Below, piece by piece: positions 13,039 through 27,318 of a DNA stretch of 64,000 nucleotides. The translations under genes and the position numbers were made by a program. The DNA comes from Geosiphon pyriformis uo1. Its lineage: Eukaryota; Fungi; Glomeromycota. The notes beneath the pieces are model-generated. The model made no database searches. It was not told the origin of the DNA and saw only the letters and a program-made list of their open reading frames with translations. The stretch covers positions 4,933 to 68,932 of the forward strand of contig JAAOMT010000591.1 of the NCBI GenBank assembly GCA_016748015.1. The letters run 5' to 3'. Within the stretch, counting starts at the first letter, position 1. Each line of letters starts with the position of its first letter.

Positions 13039-15975
13039 AAATAAAAATAAAAAAACTCTTAATTTAAATTAGTTTTATGATTTGAATTCAAGATAGATAA
13101 TATTAATAATAATTATTTTTAAATATATGAATATTTATGTTTTTTTAATAAAAATAGATTAATTTATAGTTTAAATAAAATATTTTTAAAACCAAAATTT
13201 AAAAAAAAAATTATTAGTAATTTGAAAATTCACTATAATAGTTTTAATTATACTTTTAATATTTTTTCAGAATTTGATAATAATTTAATTAATTTACATA
13301 TTTAATAATAATAAATAATATTAATAATATTAATAAATTTACTTAAATATTATTTTTAATAATATTAAATACATATTTATTTAACTTTATAATAATAATA
13401 AATTTATATATGTAATTAATTATATTTATAAATTATATAATATAAAATTAAAAATCATGAAAATTTCTTTTATAAATCTTCATATTTCTAAATTTTATAT
13501 ATTATATTAAAAACTTATTATAAAACCAAACAAGTTTTCTAAATAATTATATTTTAGTATAATTAAAAAAACATAAAAAATACTTTTAGTACTATTTTAA
13601 ATATATTATATAATATTTGTTTTTTAAATACTTTTTATAGATTATTTTGTAATTTATTTTATAATATCTTATATAAATATTCAGATTTTTATAAAAAGCT
13701 TTGAATTTATACTATAATTTAACTGGTTTAAAAATGAAAAATTATCTTTTTTTTATATTGCTTAAAAAAACTATAGTGTTTATTAAATGTAGATTTTGTA
13801 TAACTGTTAATAAAAATTATATTTTAATAACACTAATTTTTTGTACAAGCTAAATTTTTTAATAGAAAATATTAATATTTTCTAAAAAAATCCGTCTTTA
13901 AGACTAATTTTGTTAAATTACTAACTAATTTTAAAAAAAAAACATAAGAAATAAATTGACATAGAAAAATATAATTAATAAAAAAAATTATTAAAGTAAT
14001 TATGTACTTTAACATATATTATTAACATATAAAGTTATTATTTGTCTTGGTAATTTGATTATAAAACAATAATTTAATTTTAAGAAAAGACATAACTAAT
14101 TTTTTTAATATTAGATAACAATTATAAAAATATATTTACTAAAAAAAATAATAAAAAAATAAATTAATAAAACTTTATCAAAAAAAAACTAGATATAATA
14201 TTTAATAATAATAAAAATCTTGACACATTTCAAAAATATTAAAACACCACAAAAAAAAACTTAATAATATAAATTTTAAAGAAATAACAGCTTTTATATT
14301 TAACATTCTTGAAAAATTAAAAAAAAATTAAGAAAAACAACAAAAAAAATATATTAAAATTAGCTATAAATAAAAATAAGTAAATAACAAAATTTTAAAA
14401 AATAATAAGAGCAAAAAAAAACTCAATTTTATAAGTTATTTAATAAGTTATTTAATTAACAAGTTTGACATTTGATGTTGTAAATATAAAATTTTGAATT
14501 TTTTAAACTTTTTTATTGTATATTATAGTTTTGTCTGTTTTTATATCTACAAAATTTGAAGTTAAAAATTAAAAAAAATAAAAATAAGAAATATGTATAA
14601 TAATTTTAAGTAATTAAAAATTTAACAGATAAAATAAGTTTTTATATATTATATCTGAAAGCTAATTGCTTTAAAAATAAAAATTAAATTAGTATTTGTA
14701 TAAAAATATAATTATGTAATTGCAAATATTCTAAAAAATATAATTATTATATTTGAAAAAATATAGTTTCTTTTAAATTAACTAGTTTAAACAAAGATAA
14801 ATAAAACTACTTATTTTGTCAATTATTTTTAATTGCTTAATTTTATTAATTTTCTGTATATTAGAAATTATTAACAAACATATATTAAGTTTGAATATAT
14901 GATTTTGTTTTAATAATTTTTAACTACTTTTTAATTTTATTTTAAATATAAAAATCAATTTTATAATATTTACATGATTAATTATAACAGTATATATTAT
15001 TAATATGTTAATTAACAATTAACATATAATATACTATTTTATGCTCTATAGAAATATTATTTTTATTTCAATACAAAAATATATAGTATATATTAATTAT
15101 TTATCTATAAGTTAGATATTAAATTATAGTTTGATTATAAGTCAAATATTTTAAATTCGCAATTAACAAAAAATTTAAAATTTTATTTACAAATAAATTC
15201 AATAAATTAAACATAAATAGTTGAACATAACAATCTAACTTGCCAAAAATATATTTTTATAATATTATAAAAAATAAAATAAAGAAATTTTTATTCAAAA
15301 ATTATTACAATTTTTAGTATTATCTTTGATAATAGTCTATTTTATATTTATTTATAATTATAAAAAAGTTATAACTTGTTTTATAATACTTTTTATCTTT
15401 AAAATACAATTAACTTAATTTCTTTTGCAAGCAAAATTTCTATAACTATTTTTAAGAATAAATTTAAATATTATTAAAGTTTTAAATAAGAAATTAAAAC
15501 ATCAATATTTTGTAAATAAAAAACATACTGTTATTTTATTCGTAGAAATTTTGTGTGTTTTTATTAATCAGCTTTTATTTGTTGTGGTATTAGATTTAAA
15601 AAATAGCTAAATATAGACTACTCAATATTAAAAACATTTTATTATATCTTAATTAAGTTAAAATCCAATTTTTAAATCTGTTAAAAGTATAAAAGATTTT
15701 AAAAATCAAACTATTAGCATATTTAAATAATAAACCAGATTAAAATCCAATTTTTATATTTGCCAAAAGTATATAATTACTTTTTGGATATTATAAAAGA
15801 TTTCAAAAACTATCAACATATCTAAAATAATAGAATAAATTGCTAAAATAACAGAATCTTGAAAATCTGTAGTTAATATAGTCTTTATTGCTATTTTAGT
15901 TATATATATTTATTCACTGTTATTTATTACTAGGATTTAAAAGTAATATTGTCTCTAAATTTTTGGCATTTATGT

Positions 15976-16946
15976 TGTTACCAGTAGAATTTTAGCTATT
16001 AATTAGCATGAAATTACCCTTATAATTCCTATTATTAATTAGTATATATTAGTATCATTTTCATTATTACTTATTATTTAATCAAATCATCAAAGATCAT
16101 CATTTAATCAATAACCCGATTTGTACTATAGAAATTAAGATGATCAAATTACACAATACCCTGAACCGTGTAACATAGTCAAAATTCGCCGAAATTAATG
16201 AAAATTGGCCGAAATAATCAATAGTTCAGTGAAATAACTTGTAGTTTGCCGAAATGTATCTTTAGTTCACCAAAATTGTAGCAAAAAGAAAAGTGCAAGT
16301 TCAAAGACTAGTACTATAACAAGTTGTATAAAAGAAGAGCTTCTCTCTTCAAGAAAATGTATCTTCTCATATCTTACCATAGTATCTTACTTTAGGTATC
16401 TTAATTAGAACAAATCACTTTTTACATATCTCAAATAAAAATTAAATATTCGAAAACCAAATCCTTTGATTATTACACTTGAAATTCTCTCAACACAACT
16501 AACATTTTGAAATTGATTAGCTACCAATTTCAGTAATCTGTTAGTGACTCCAGGCCTGGATAGAAAACGTTTCCCTTGACAGAATTCTATTTCTTTTACA
16601 TTTCTTTTATTTTTCTTTTCTTTTCTTATCATAATCATTAGGGTATCCTACAGACGAGATTCCTGTAGAAGAGTTGACTTTCACAGCAAAGTAACTACAC
16701 ATTTTTTAGTGAGCTTCCAGACGAGCAATTCCTGGGAAAGAGTTGACGTTTACTACAACGTAACTACATAAAGTAACTGGCACGGAATTGGCCATTCCAC
16801 TCATAAGCCCAGCAGTTCAGATTATAGGAGATAATTTGAAGACAAATTCAGTTATTGGAGGTTCAACTACTTTCAGAAAACGGGAATTTACAACAAAACA
16901 GACATTAACAACATTCAAGGAAAGAGACCAAAAACCTCCGGTAACA
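15976..16946 (+). mobile_element. Solo LTR of the Gypsy family at 53796-63636
   Basis: TGTTACC...GGTAACA termini and 4-bp TSD ATGT (15972-15975 / 16947-16950). Clearly homologous, as reverse complement, to the LTRs at 53796-54780 and 62652-63636. Confidence 0.92.
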
Positions 16947-16973
16947 ATGTTTATAAGTTCATATAATATAAAT

Positions 16974-19939
16974 CAGTGATGTTTGCTGGAACGTCCAGTG
17001 GGAGTTACTGGAATTGGAATGTCACTGGACCCGACTGGATGGAATGGTGTCACAGATCAGCTTCCAGTGGTGAGTTGTCACTGGACCCTTCCAATTAGGA
17101 TTTTTTATTCGCTGGATGGACGTCCAGTGATGTACAGTGGCTTGGCAAAAAATTTTCTCTATTAAAATGTGACAAAACGGAGAGATTTATGAATGATAAT
17201 ATTATACCTCGTGTAAAATGGCTCGACGACATATAGGTGGTCCCGGAAAACATAGGTTTACGAACGATATTATAAACACAATACTTACGGCATATGCAAA
17301 GCTTGCGACGAAGCTCTCGGTCGGGAAGAAGCTCTAAAAAACCTGGTCACTAATAAAAAAAATACTGTCCGAAATCACCTAAAAAAATGCGCGTATTTTT
17401 GTGCTAAGCTAGGATCTCAAGAAGTGGTAGACGCGTACTGTAATAAGACGGATAATGAAACAGATGCTTCTCAAAGTTCAAAAAAACGCCGAAACACTAG
17501 CATATCAGGTGAGTAGTTAGTAATTCTGAAAGTTGTGTTAGACATAAATAATTAAATTTTTTTAATAGACGATGATATTCACACAAGCGATTTAATCTCC
17601 AATGTTTCTTCTACCATGCTTACATCATCTCAAAGTTCAAGAAGAACACGATCGAATTCGATAGGTAATTTTGTTGTTAGAAAAATTACGGCAAAAGAGA
17701 AACCAAAATTTGAACAACTATTGCTTCACATGACAATATCAAATGGATGGGCTTTCCAATGGACGACAAATCCAGCAACTCAAGAGTTTTTTAAGTTTCT
17801 AAATCCAACCCTAACCCTTCCTGGCCGATGTGCTCTATCTAATCGTATCCTAGATATTGAAAGAGCCAATTTGATTATGTCACGTGAACAAAAACTAAAA
17901 GAAGACAGCATTGGAGTTACCTTGGCATTTGACGGATGGAAAAATGTTCTAAAACAACACTTTTTGGCTCATTATTTATCTTATCAACTGGCGAAGTTCA
18001 AATTTGGGAGGCAATCGATATAAGCTCAGAACGAGAACGAATGATTGAAGTTATTCCTAAAATTAAAAGTATGATCAAAGACGCGTCAGATATAGGGGCC
18101 AAATTATTAGCAATTGTTTCTGATAGTGCACCAGCATATGCCGCTGCGAGGTAAATATTATATTATTTCTTTTTAAAAATTTATATTCTAATTACTATTT
18201 TGGACAGACGCCGGCTACGATTGCAATACCCAAAATTTGTTTTCCTTCCGTGTTTCGCTCATCAATGTAATCTTGCCGTGGGTGATATATTCAAGGAATC
18301 TAACGAATTCAAAACCGCATCGAAACAAGCAATAACAATAGTCGGTTATTTTAATAACGCAGTTCATTCATATTTTATTGGAAAGCTTCGAGAAGTACAA
18401 AAACGGATATATTCGAATTATATTACCTTGGTTTGTCCAGGTGATACTCGTTGGAATTCTTATTGTTATTGTCTTAAAAGTCTAATAAAATCTCGCCAAG
18501 CTTTAAGAGTAAGTATATATTTATAGATTTATTAATTTAATTGAACCTTTAATTTAACATTAAAATTTTCAAGAATCTAGCTACCATCCATGAATTACCT
18601 CTAGACCTTACAACTGGTACCCCGATGAACTTTATCTGCCACGAAATATAACATTGATTCTGCTTAACGACAATTTCTGGCAATCGAAAACGCGGCTGCA
18701 TTTTTTGTTTCTTCCTTATTGTGGAGCTCTCAACAAATTACAATCTGATACTGCTCGTCTTTACGAAGTATTACAAGCTTTCGGTGGCATTTTGAAAAGT
18801 GGGAAGAATATTCAGATCAGGATTTGGCACAATGTATGATCCGACGATTAGAGCGAAGATGGGAGCAATGGGAACAACCATTATTATTGTTGACTTTTCT
18901 TTTAAATCCAAATATTGGTTCAGAACTAATACTGAAAATTTGAACTTTACATATCTTGCTCAATTTATTACCTATTATTATAAGGCCTGGTTTGAATGCC
19001 GGCCAATTTGCATTTTGCTTGAGCTAGAGGAATATAGAAAACGAAATTATCCCTTTGATCTTACAACGTATGAACAATTTGGAGAAAATATATTTGGGTT
19101 TTGGGAATTTGCTTCCTCTTCAACTAGAGAATTAGGTCCTTTGGCAATACGTTTGTTTGGAATTTGTGTCAATGCAGCATCTATAGAGCGACTATGGAGT
19201 TCAATGGGATTTCTTCATGCTAACCGGCAAAACCGTCTCCAGGTAAGATTTTTTTATTTATTCTTTATTAAAATAAACTAAATTATTGTTTCTAAAATTT
19301 AGAACGAAAAAGTATTAGCTATGAGCCAGATTCGTGCTTCAATTAACTTTTCTCAACGAAAAAAACGAATTTCCACGGACAATACCTTGTTCAACCGATC
19401 CAATACACCACCCATCGATGAGGTTGCCGATGAGTCTACCGATGAACCTACTAACGAACTAAATGAATATAGGATGGATAATGAACAAGACGAATTGCAA
19501 GATATCGAACCATCAAGTATAATAACGCCCGATGATTGGGAAAATCAATTACGTGACTGGGAACAGATGTTAATAGATGAGGAGATTGCCAGATCAGAAG
19601 ATGAAAAGGCAGAACGTGATAATAATGGCAATATGGAAGGTGATTTGTTAAGTAATTACAGACACCCAGCAACAGATAACAGGGCAAAATGGGAAATGAG
19701 TAGTATATTTTGGTTTATTGTTTCAAAAACCAAATTTTATAAATAATAACAATTAGTTTTCGCTATTAATGTATACAATTTTATTGGTTACATTATTTAC
19801 TATGCTTACATTTTGATTGGTTAACATTATATTGGTTCCAGTGGAATAATCGTTCCAGTGAGAGTTTCCACTGGAATTACTTGAACTTTGGAAAAATCTG
19901 GACGTCCAGTGGAATTCCAGAAGTCCAGTCCCAACACTG
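16974..19939 (+). mobile_element. hAT DNA transposon
   Basis: Perfect 8-bp TSD ATATAAAT (16966-16973 / 19940-19947), imperfect TIRs CAGTGATGTTTGCTGGA / CAGTGTTGGGACTGGA, and many subterminal CCAGTGG/ACTGGA repeats at both ends. Confidence 0.93.
17189..19746 (+). pseudogene. hAT transposase, intron-containing and frameshifted
   Basis: BED finger (CKAC...HLKKC), catalytic core (AFDGW, IVSDSA, PCFAH, DTRWNS) and dimerization motif (VNAASIERLWSSMG). About 5 short GT-AG introns and several frameshifts. Confidence 0.88.
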
Positions 19940-22900
19940 ATATAAATATTGTTTTTCATAATATATATATACAGTTTTGTAATCTATTGGTACAGCTAAT
20001 ATAAAAAGAATAATTATATATAGTTTGTTTGAATTAGTAGTTTAGCTTATAAATACTATTAACTTAATTTAATTCTTATTATTGAATTAAATCACATTAT
20101 AATATATTTTATATACAGTATGTAAATTTGAATTTTAAATTAAATATAAAAATTTATAATATTATCTTTGTTTAGTATTTCTTAGTACTTTTGTCTGTTA
20201 TGACTAATAGAATTGTTTTTTTCTTTTTTGTTAATAGTTGTTTACTTTGTTTCAATTCAGTTTTTTAATTGGCTTATTATTTGTATTTTTTTAACAGTTA
20301 TTAATGCTATTTTATAACTAAGAATATTAATTCGAAATTTAAATAATTGTTATTTCTCTTTTCTTCATATTTTTCGTAGCTTTTTATCTTTTTAACTTCT
20401 AATTTTTTCATTAATTTTAAGTATTTTGCCAATTATAGCTTGTTATTAAATAAGTGAACTTTGGTAAAAATAAACAAAAAATTTAAATCATTAAGTAATC
20501 TGGCAATTAATTTGTTTTTTCAGTAATAATAATATTATGCTTTAGTTGTAAAGCTTTTTAGGCTTTTATTGCTTTTTATAAAATAACTAAATCTCAAAAA
20601 TTGGTTTTAATTTTTAAGTTTAGTAATATTGTTTTTTAATATAAACAGCATATCTGTTTAATAATTATATTAAAAAATATTTTAAATTAAAATTTATTAA
20701 TACATAATTTTGGTTTTTTTAATATTTAATTTGTATTTTAATATTATTGTGTTTATTAAGTATTATATTTTGCATATTATGTTAATTTTTGAAGTATTTA
20801 AATATATTTGGCATTATAATAATTTTATTTTATTTTAAGAGTTATTGTTAAATATAATTAAAATTGTTTGCTATAATTATAAGTATATTATTATCAAAAT
20901 TAATATTAGAAATTTTATAATTAAAAGACTTATTTGTTTAATTTTTTATTTTTAGATCTTTATGAATTAAGTTAAAAATTATATAAAAGGTTTTTTTGGT
21001 TTGTGCTTTTATTTTTAAAAAACGTGTTTCCCAATTTTAAAATTAATATGTTAAATTTTGAACAAAAAATCAATTTAATTAAATCTTTAATTAATATTGT
21101 TATTTTTAAAATTGAAAAAACATTTGTAAATTTTGAAAATATAACTAGTATTTTTACAATAATAATATACAGAAAACCTATATTTTTTTAAGATTATAAA
21201 ACAGTTATAATTAATAATTATACTGAAGTTTGTATTTAAGATTTTAAAATCTTTTGTTTTGTAAACAGCTTGGGCCAATAATTTTAAAAAACAAACAAAA
21301 TTGATAATTAACTTGTTTATTAATTATTTGTATAAATTTGAATTTAAGCAATAAAAATGCAATAGTTATTAAAAAGCAAAAATAAAACTAAACTAAAATT
21401 AAAACAAATTTCAATTTTTCAAATATATATTTTTAATTTTTTAATTTGTTGTATAAACTTAATAATTATATTCGAAATAAGTTGTTTTAAAACAAAAAAC
21501 CATAGAATATATAATAAATTGGTTTTTAACTTTTTTGTAAAAATAAATTTTTGTTTTTTAGTTTGGTTTTTTACAAAATTTATTAATGTTTTTTTGTAAA
21601 TGTTTTAAAAACATTTTTAATTATAAAAATATGTAAAATAAGAAGTGTAAATTTTTAATTAAAAACTAGTTTCAAAAATCTTAAAATTGTTTGTTAACTT
21701 GTTTTTTAACAAAATAACAATTAAACAAAAAAATATATTATATTTTATATAATAAACAACAAAACAGATTTTAAAAACTTATAAAAACATTATTTTATAT
21801 TATAAATTAAAAACAAATTATAAAAATAAGGAATATAAATTTAGTTTAAAAAATTTTAACAAGAAAAAACAATTAAATATAATAATTTAATTAATTTAAT
21901 TATTAATAATTATATAATTAAGTAAATTGATTTAACTAATAGATCTTTAACAAATTTGTTTGTTTTTTGGTTTTTATATAAAAGTATTACTAATAATTAT
22001 ATTTATAAAGTTTTAATTAAGAGTTTTATATCAAAAATTGGTAATTAAAATTTTTTTTTAATTTTTAATAATACTTTCAAAATTAATATTAATCTTGTTA
22101 ATCTTGTTTATAATTTAGCTATATATTACAAATTTAATATTTAATTGCCAAATTTTAAGCTTTAAGCTAAGTATAACAAAAAAAATCTTATAGTTAATAA
22201 TAAATTAGTTTTAATTTTTGATTATAATTAGTTTTAATAATATAATTTATAAAAAAAACTTTGTTTGTAGTATTTATATTAATTTTGATTGTAATATTGC
22301 TTTGTATTTGTTTTTTAGCTTATTTTGTAATTATATGAGTATTTATAAATTAATTAATATATGATATAGTTTTAATTAGCTTAAATAATTAATTATGTAT
22401 AAAAAAAACATAAGCCATACTTAATTTAAAATTTTTATATTTGTATTGTTTTAAATAATAATTAAACTGCATTTATTATATTAATAAAAAAATATTATCA
22501 TTATTATAAAAATAAATATATAAATAAAATTTAATAAACTTGTATATTTACATAATAAAAGTTTTATATTATTATAAAATTGGTTTTTTAATATTTTTAA
22601 GCAGTTTGATGTTTTTTTTAAAAAAAATAATACCGATTTTTTATTAAAAAACAATTTAAAAAGTTTTATAAAAACATTTTAACTATAAAATTACATATAT
22701 AATGAATAAAAATAGAAAATTAAATTTTAAACTTAAAATAAATATTTAACATTAAATAAATAAACATTTATCTTATTTTAATATATTAAAAAACTTAATT
22801 TTTAAAAAAATGTGATACCAAAAAATTTTTATAAAAAAGCTTTAAGGCTTTTTGCAATTCTGATTAAGACAAAATTTAATTTAATAAAATTTTTGTAAAT

Positions 22901-23029
22901 AAACAGTAAACATTAATGTAAAAGCCAATAGCCAAATTTTAAACTGAAATAAAAATTCATAACTTATTAAGCAATGTGAAGTTAACTTTAATAAATTCTA
23001 TAAATTCATTAAAATAAAACACTTAACAT

Positions 23030-23290
23030 GCTGGATTTATTTGGAATTGTTGTTGGTTAAAATTGTTTTATTGGAATTTAATACTTTTGCTCAAGTGGCC
23101 AATTTTAAGATTCTGTTGCACAACAACTATTTGTTTTTAGATTGAAATTTAAATTTGTTTAATGTAATATAGTGTAGTTCTGACTGGTCTAAATGGCTAG
23201 TTACATGTGTAAAAATGCCCACTTTAGATATTTAAATGCACTATTTTTAGTAAGTTGTAAAAGAATTACACTTAGCAAAACAAAAAATAA
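23030..23290 (+). mobile_element. Old, short 3' fragment of a LINE
   Basis: tagtgtagttctgactggtctaaatggctagttacatgtgtaaaaatgc aligns with the LINE 3'UTR at 12904-12951; the fragment ends cacttagcaaaacaaaaaa. Confidence 0.6.
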
Positions 23291-23760
23291 AATAAATTTA
23301 TATATATTATCCAAATATATATTTTTTTATTTCAAAATACACTGTTTTAAATTTTGTCTTTCTAAAATATTTAGGGCTTTTAATTTTTTTGCCAATTTGT
23401 CAATAAAATTGGTTTTTTAGAGTTGAAACGAAAAAAAAGTAAAATTTCATAATTTGTTTATACAACTTGGAACATTTATTAAGCAATCCAATATTTCCTG
23501 ATTAATAGTAATATTTTATTTTATTTTTCTATTTAATAAATATCTTAGGCTTTGTGGCAAAATTTGCCATAAGTTGCTGACTTAGAGACCCACAATTTAT
23601 TTATATCAGTCAGCAAATTATGGTAATTGCCCATTAACTTGGCAATATTATTTAAATAAACCAAAAACCCAACATTGAAGAATAATATTTATCAATCATT
23701 TCCTAAATTTTGGTCTTTATTAGTACTAGAAACTCTTGGAATCGCTGCTTATTTGAGATC

Positions 23761-25760
23761 TTAACGCTTTTGAACTTTCACCCGAAGTGGATACTTCATA
23801 GGCAGAGTTAACGAATTCTCATAAGTGATAGGATTTTTGGTCGGGAAAATTTCAAATTTAAACTCTCTCAAAATAGACGTAATCAAAATTATTGTTTCCA
23901 GAGTGGCAAATTGTTGACCGAGGCTAAGAAACAAAAAATTTTGCAATAAACTGTTCATGATTTTTACAAATGACTCAATATTCTTAAATGTACCTACCAG
24001 TGTCGGGGTCCAGCATTGAACATTGGATACATATATGAGTTTGGTTTGGATATTTCTTTACCTTTTAAAAATCGTTCAGGTTTGAACTCGTGAGCATCCT
24101 CGCCCCATATTTCCTTGGCTTTACCAATTGTATATGAGAACCATAAAACCAACTCGCCGGCGTATATCGGAACTCCTCCCGGTAAAACATCATCTTTTAA
24201 ACAAGTCTAGGATCCCGCTTATAAGAAAAATTGCAAAAAAGCCATATAAAACATTGACTATTCCAAATACCTTGAAGTTTGCTGGAACGCTAGGATGTAA
24301 TCGAAGCGATTCATAAAATGTGGCGGTTGTGTAAGCAAACTCGTGGAGGCTATCGTAAGTAGGTACCTGGTTACTCTCCTTGAGAAGGGAGTTTATTTCT
24401 TTAAGGATGGCTACTTCGACTCTTGGATTTTTGATTATTTCATATATCATCCAGGTAATTGCCTATATATAATTAAGATATTTTTGGCTTACTATTGGAA
24501 AGAGAATTATAATTCAATATACTTACTTGGGCAGTTGTATCTCTGCCTAAACATTAAATTATTGATCGGTTAAAAACATTGAAATTTCCTCAAGGAGATT
24601 ATCAACATTTCACTTACCAGCCACTATTAAGTTTAAAATCATATCTATGAGTTCATTATCATTCAATTGTCGCCCGTCTTCATCAATAGCATTCAAACAT
24701 AAACTCAGTAAATCATTGGGAATTTTTTCTTTTTTTGAAATTTCAACGCGACGCGATTGGATTATGTTATTTGCAAAATCCCTCGCAGTTTTACAAGCAT
24801 TTCTCATTCTCGATGCTCGAGTCGTAAATTCCTCGGTAATAGGCCAAAACGGATTTAAAAAGCGTTCCCCTAAGACAACTGAAGCGTAATTAAAAGCGTT
24901 AGCAAACTCTGATGTAGATTGGTAATTTTTACTTGTGTCAAAATCTGCACTGAAACAAATCCTACATTATAAAATATTGAATAAGAAAGAGTTCATATAG
25001 TAGAAGTTAATATACGGATGGGTAAATACTTTTACTTACTTAGCAAAAGAGTCAAATGTGAATCTATAAGAAAGATTATCAAAATCGATTTTTTCTCCAG
25101 TTTCTGCGACTTTCCTTAGCAATTCAATAAGCTTTTTTGTTTCATCCCAAAAGACCACCTGAATATTATCACGAAAATTTTTTCCTTGAAACAAGTTGGT
25201 TATAATTCTCCTTTGAAATTTCCAATGATTTCTATATGGCATGTCCCAATATTAGAATATTTATATTTTAACATTTCATGAACTGCTAATATATTTGATA
25301 AAACCTTACCCATCGCTATTAAAGATTCCGTCACCAATGAAATCCCAAAAAAGCTTGTGGAACAAGGGACCTTTAGGAAAATTAGTTGAATTGGTCTTTA
25401 GGACATATTCAATTCCTTCTGGATAGTTACAAGTTACACAACGGCCTACTCCTGGAATAGTAAACGTGCTATCAAAATAGTAGGATTTCTCAAAATCAAT
25501 GAAATCATTTATAATCTAACAAAAAAATTTAGAAGTTATTGAGAAAATTACAGATTTTTCCCATATAGGAGGTGTCTTTCATAATGACGATCGTGTATGC
25601 CGCGATTATATTCAAACATCAATAATAAATTTCCAATTATTGGCCATCCTTTAGGTCCTCTTAAATCTGGTCGATAGCGAGTTCCTACAGCCCTATCAGG
25701 ATAAATGATTGCTAAAATAATGATTGCAAGGAAGCCTGCTAATAAAAACTCTTGTAACAT
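23761..25760 (-). CDS. Cytochrome P450 (resembles fatty-acid hydroxylase CYP52/CYP86-like clans), about 8 exons
   Basis: N-terminal TM helix plus GPKGWPIIGNL, I-helix AGRDTT (split across a micro-exon), ExxR (ESLR), PERF, and heme motif FNAGPRHCLGQQFA with the Cys codon split by an intron. Confidence 0.93.
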
Positions 25761-26782
25761 TATTTCGCTTTTCAATCGCTAAAATCTAAACGAAATTGGT
25801 GGGAGATCGATTGATTTATATATTTTGATTTTCCCAAGCACATGACTATGTTATTTTGATTGAAAATGTAGTTTCTTTGGAAACATTTCGGAATCTCGGA
25901 TATAATATAAACCCAAAGGAAAATGAAAATAGCCTTGGCCTTTAAAGGTTGGAAAAGATTTTCCATTCAACAAATAATTTTTTAGAAAGTTAGAAAGTTA
26001 GATTACTCAAAAATAAAAAATTATCAGGCGATAAGCATCAAAGCATTAATTATATTAATTTTTGACTAAATTTGATTACAAGTGAACATTCTTCTGACCA
26101 TCAGAATATTTTTTTTTGGAAGACAAATCTTTTTATCAAAATTTGCAAACATGTATTAATAGAAATATCTTAGCAAGTTTTTTTTGTTAAAATAATATGG
26201 TTTATATAGAGTTCTATTATTTTTTGATTAAAATCAAATGCATTCATTCAGATATAAAAATTTTGATGAATTTAAATTCACAATTAAAAACTTGGGAAAA
26301 TTTTTTGAGCTCAAAACATAACTATGAACTGTCTCCCGCAATTCTTATTAGGTTGTTGTTTCAGAAAATCCATCATGACAAATTGATCTATAATAGTATA
26401 AAAGAAAAAGGACCTCTAAAAATTATGATGGGCAGATTTCAAATCAATTAAAGCTTGCAAATCTTTATTTGTACTTAGATAACAGGAATTGAAACACCAT
26501 TTCTTTTTTCAGAAGACCTTATCAGGTAGTTACAAAGAACAAAACTATTGATTTTGATCCAAGAGCTAATCGAAGGAATATTGATTTGGCAATTTATGTT
26601 TGATTTTTTTAAAGTGAAACTCAATATATTTTAATGATATTATGTTACCAGGGAATGAATTTATGATATCAGCAAGACCTTTATCAGGTTTCTGTTTTAT
26701 AAAACGTTGAAATTAAGCGAGCGTTTCCGTTGGCAATTAATTTTTTAATTAAGAAAAAGTGTAATAATTTCTTAAACATATG

Positions 26783-26864
26783 GACGACGTGTCCGAGTGG
26801 TTAAGGAGTGTGACTAGAAATCACATGGGCTCTGCCCGCACAGGTTCAAGTCCTGTCGTCGTCG
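26783..26864 (+). tRNA. tRNA-Ser(AGA)
   Basis: Acceptor stem GACGACG/CGTCGTC, anticodon arm TGTGA-CT-AGA-AA-TCACA, long variable arm, T loop GTTCAAG. Confidence 0.96.
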
Positions 26865-27318
26865 ATCAATAAGAAATTTTGACCATTTTCTTCCGGCTTT
26901 TAGCGACGGGTATTTTACCAATTAAATGAGGCAGCAAAGAACGATTGATTTAGCCTCAATAATTTTATTTGTTCGAAAAACATTATTATTAAATTTTTCA
27001 TAAATGTGGAAGTTAATTTAGTTGACTAACTAAATATGTTGAAATCTTCTTAATTCATGTTATTTTTGTAATTTAAAATTTTTCAACCAGTTACAATTTT
27101 TGATTAATAAAAAAAGATTACAATCAGTTAAAATGATATTTTTTAAAAACTAATTTTATTTGTAAAATAATATAAAACTGGAAAATTTTCATATCAATAT
27201 TTATTATTTCAAAGATTTATTAAAGAATTTTAATAGAATAAACATTATATTAAATTATATAAGCCCCTTAAAATAGTTGGTTATTATGATTTAGACTTTT
27301 GTCCAAAACGGAATTCAT

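Noticed and set aside
15659-15830. ~80-bp imperfect direct repeat (ttaaaatccaattttta...), and a 29-bp repeat near 10795/10873
   Set aside because: Low-complexity local duplications with no supportable function.
16185-17140. CRISPR-like repeat arrays
   Set aside because: These are short degenerate LTR-internal and hAT subterminal repeats without unique spacers, in eukaryotic DNA.
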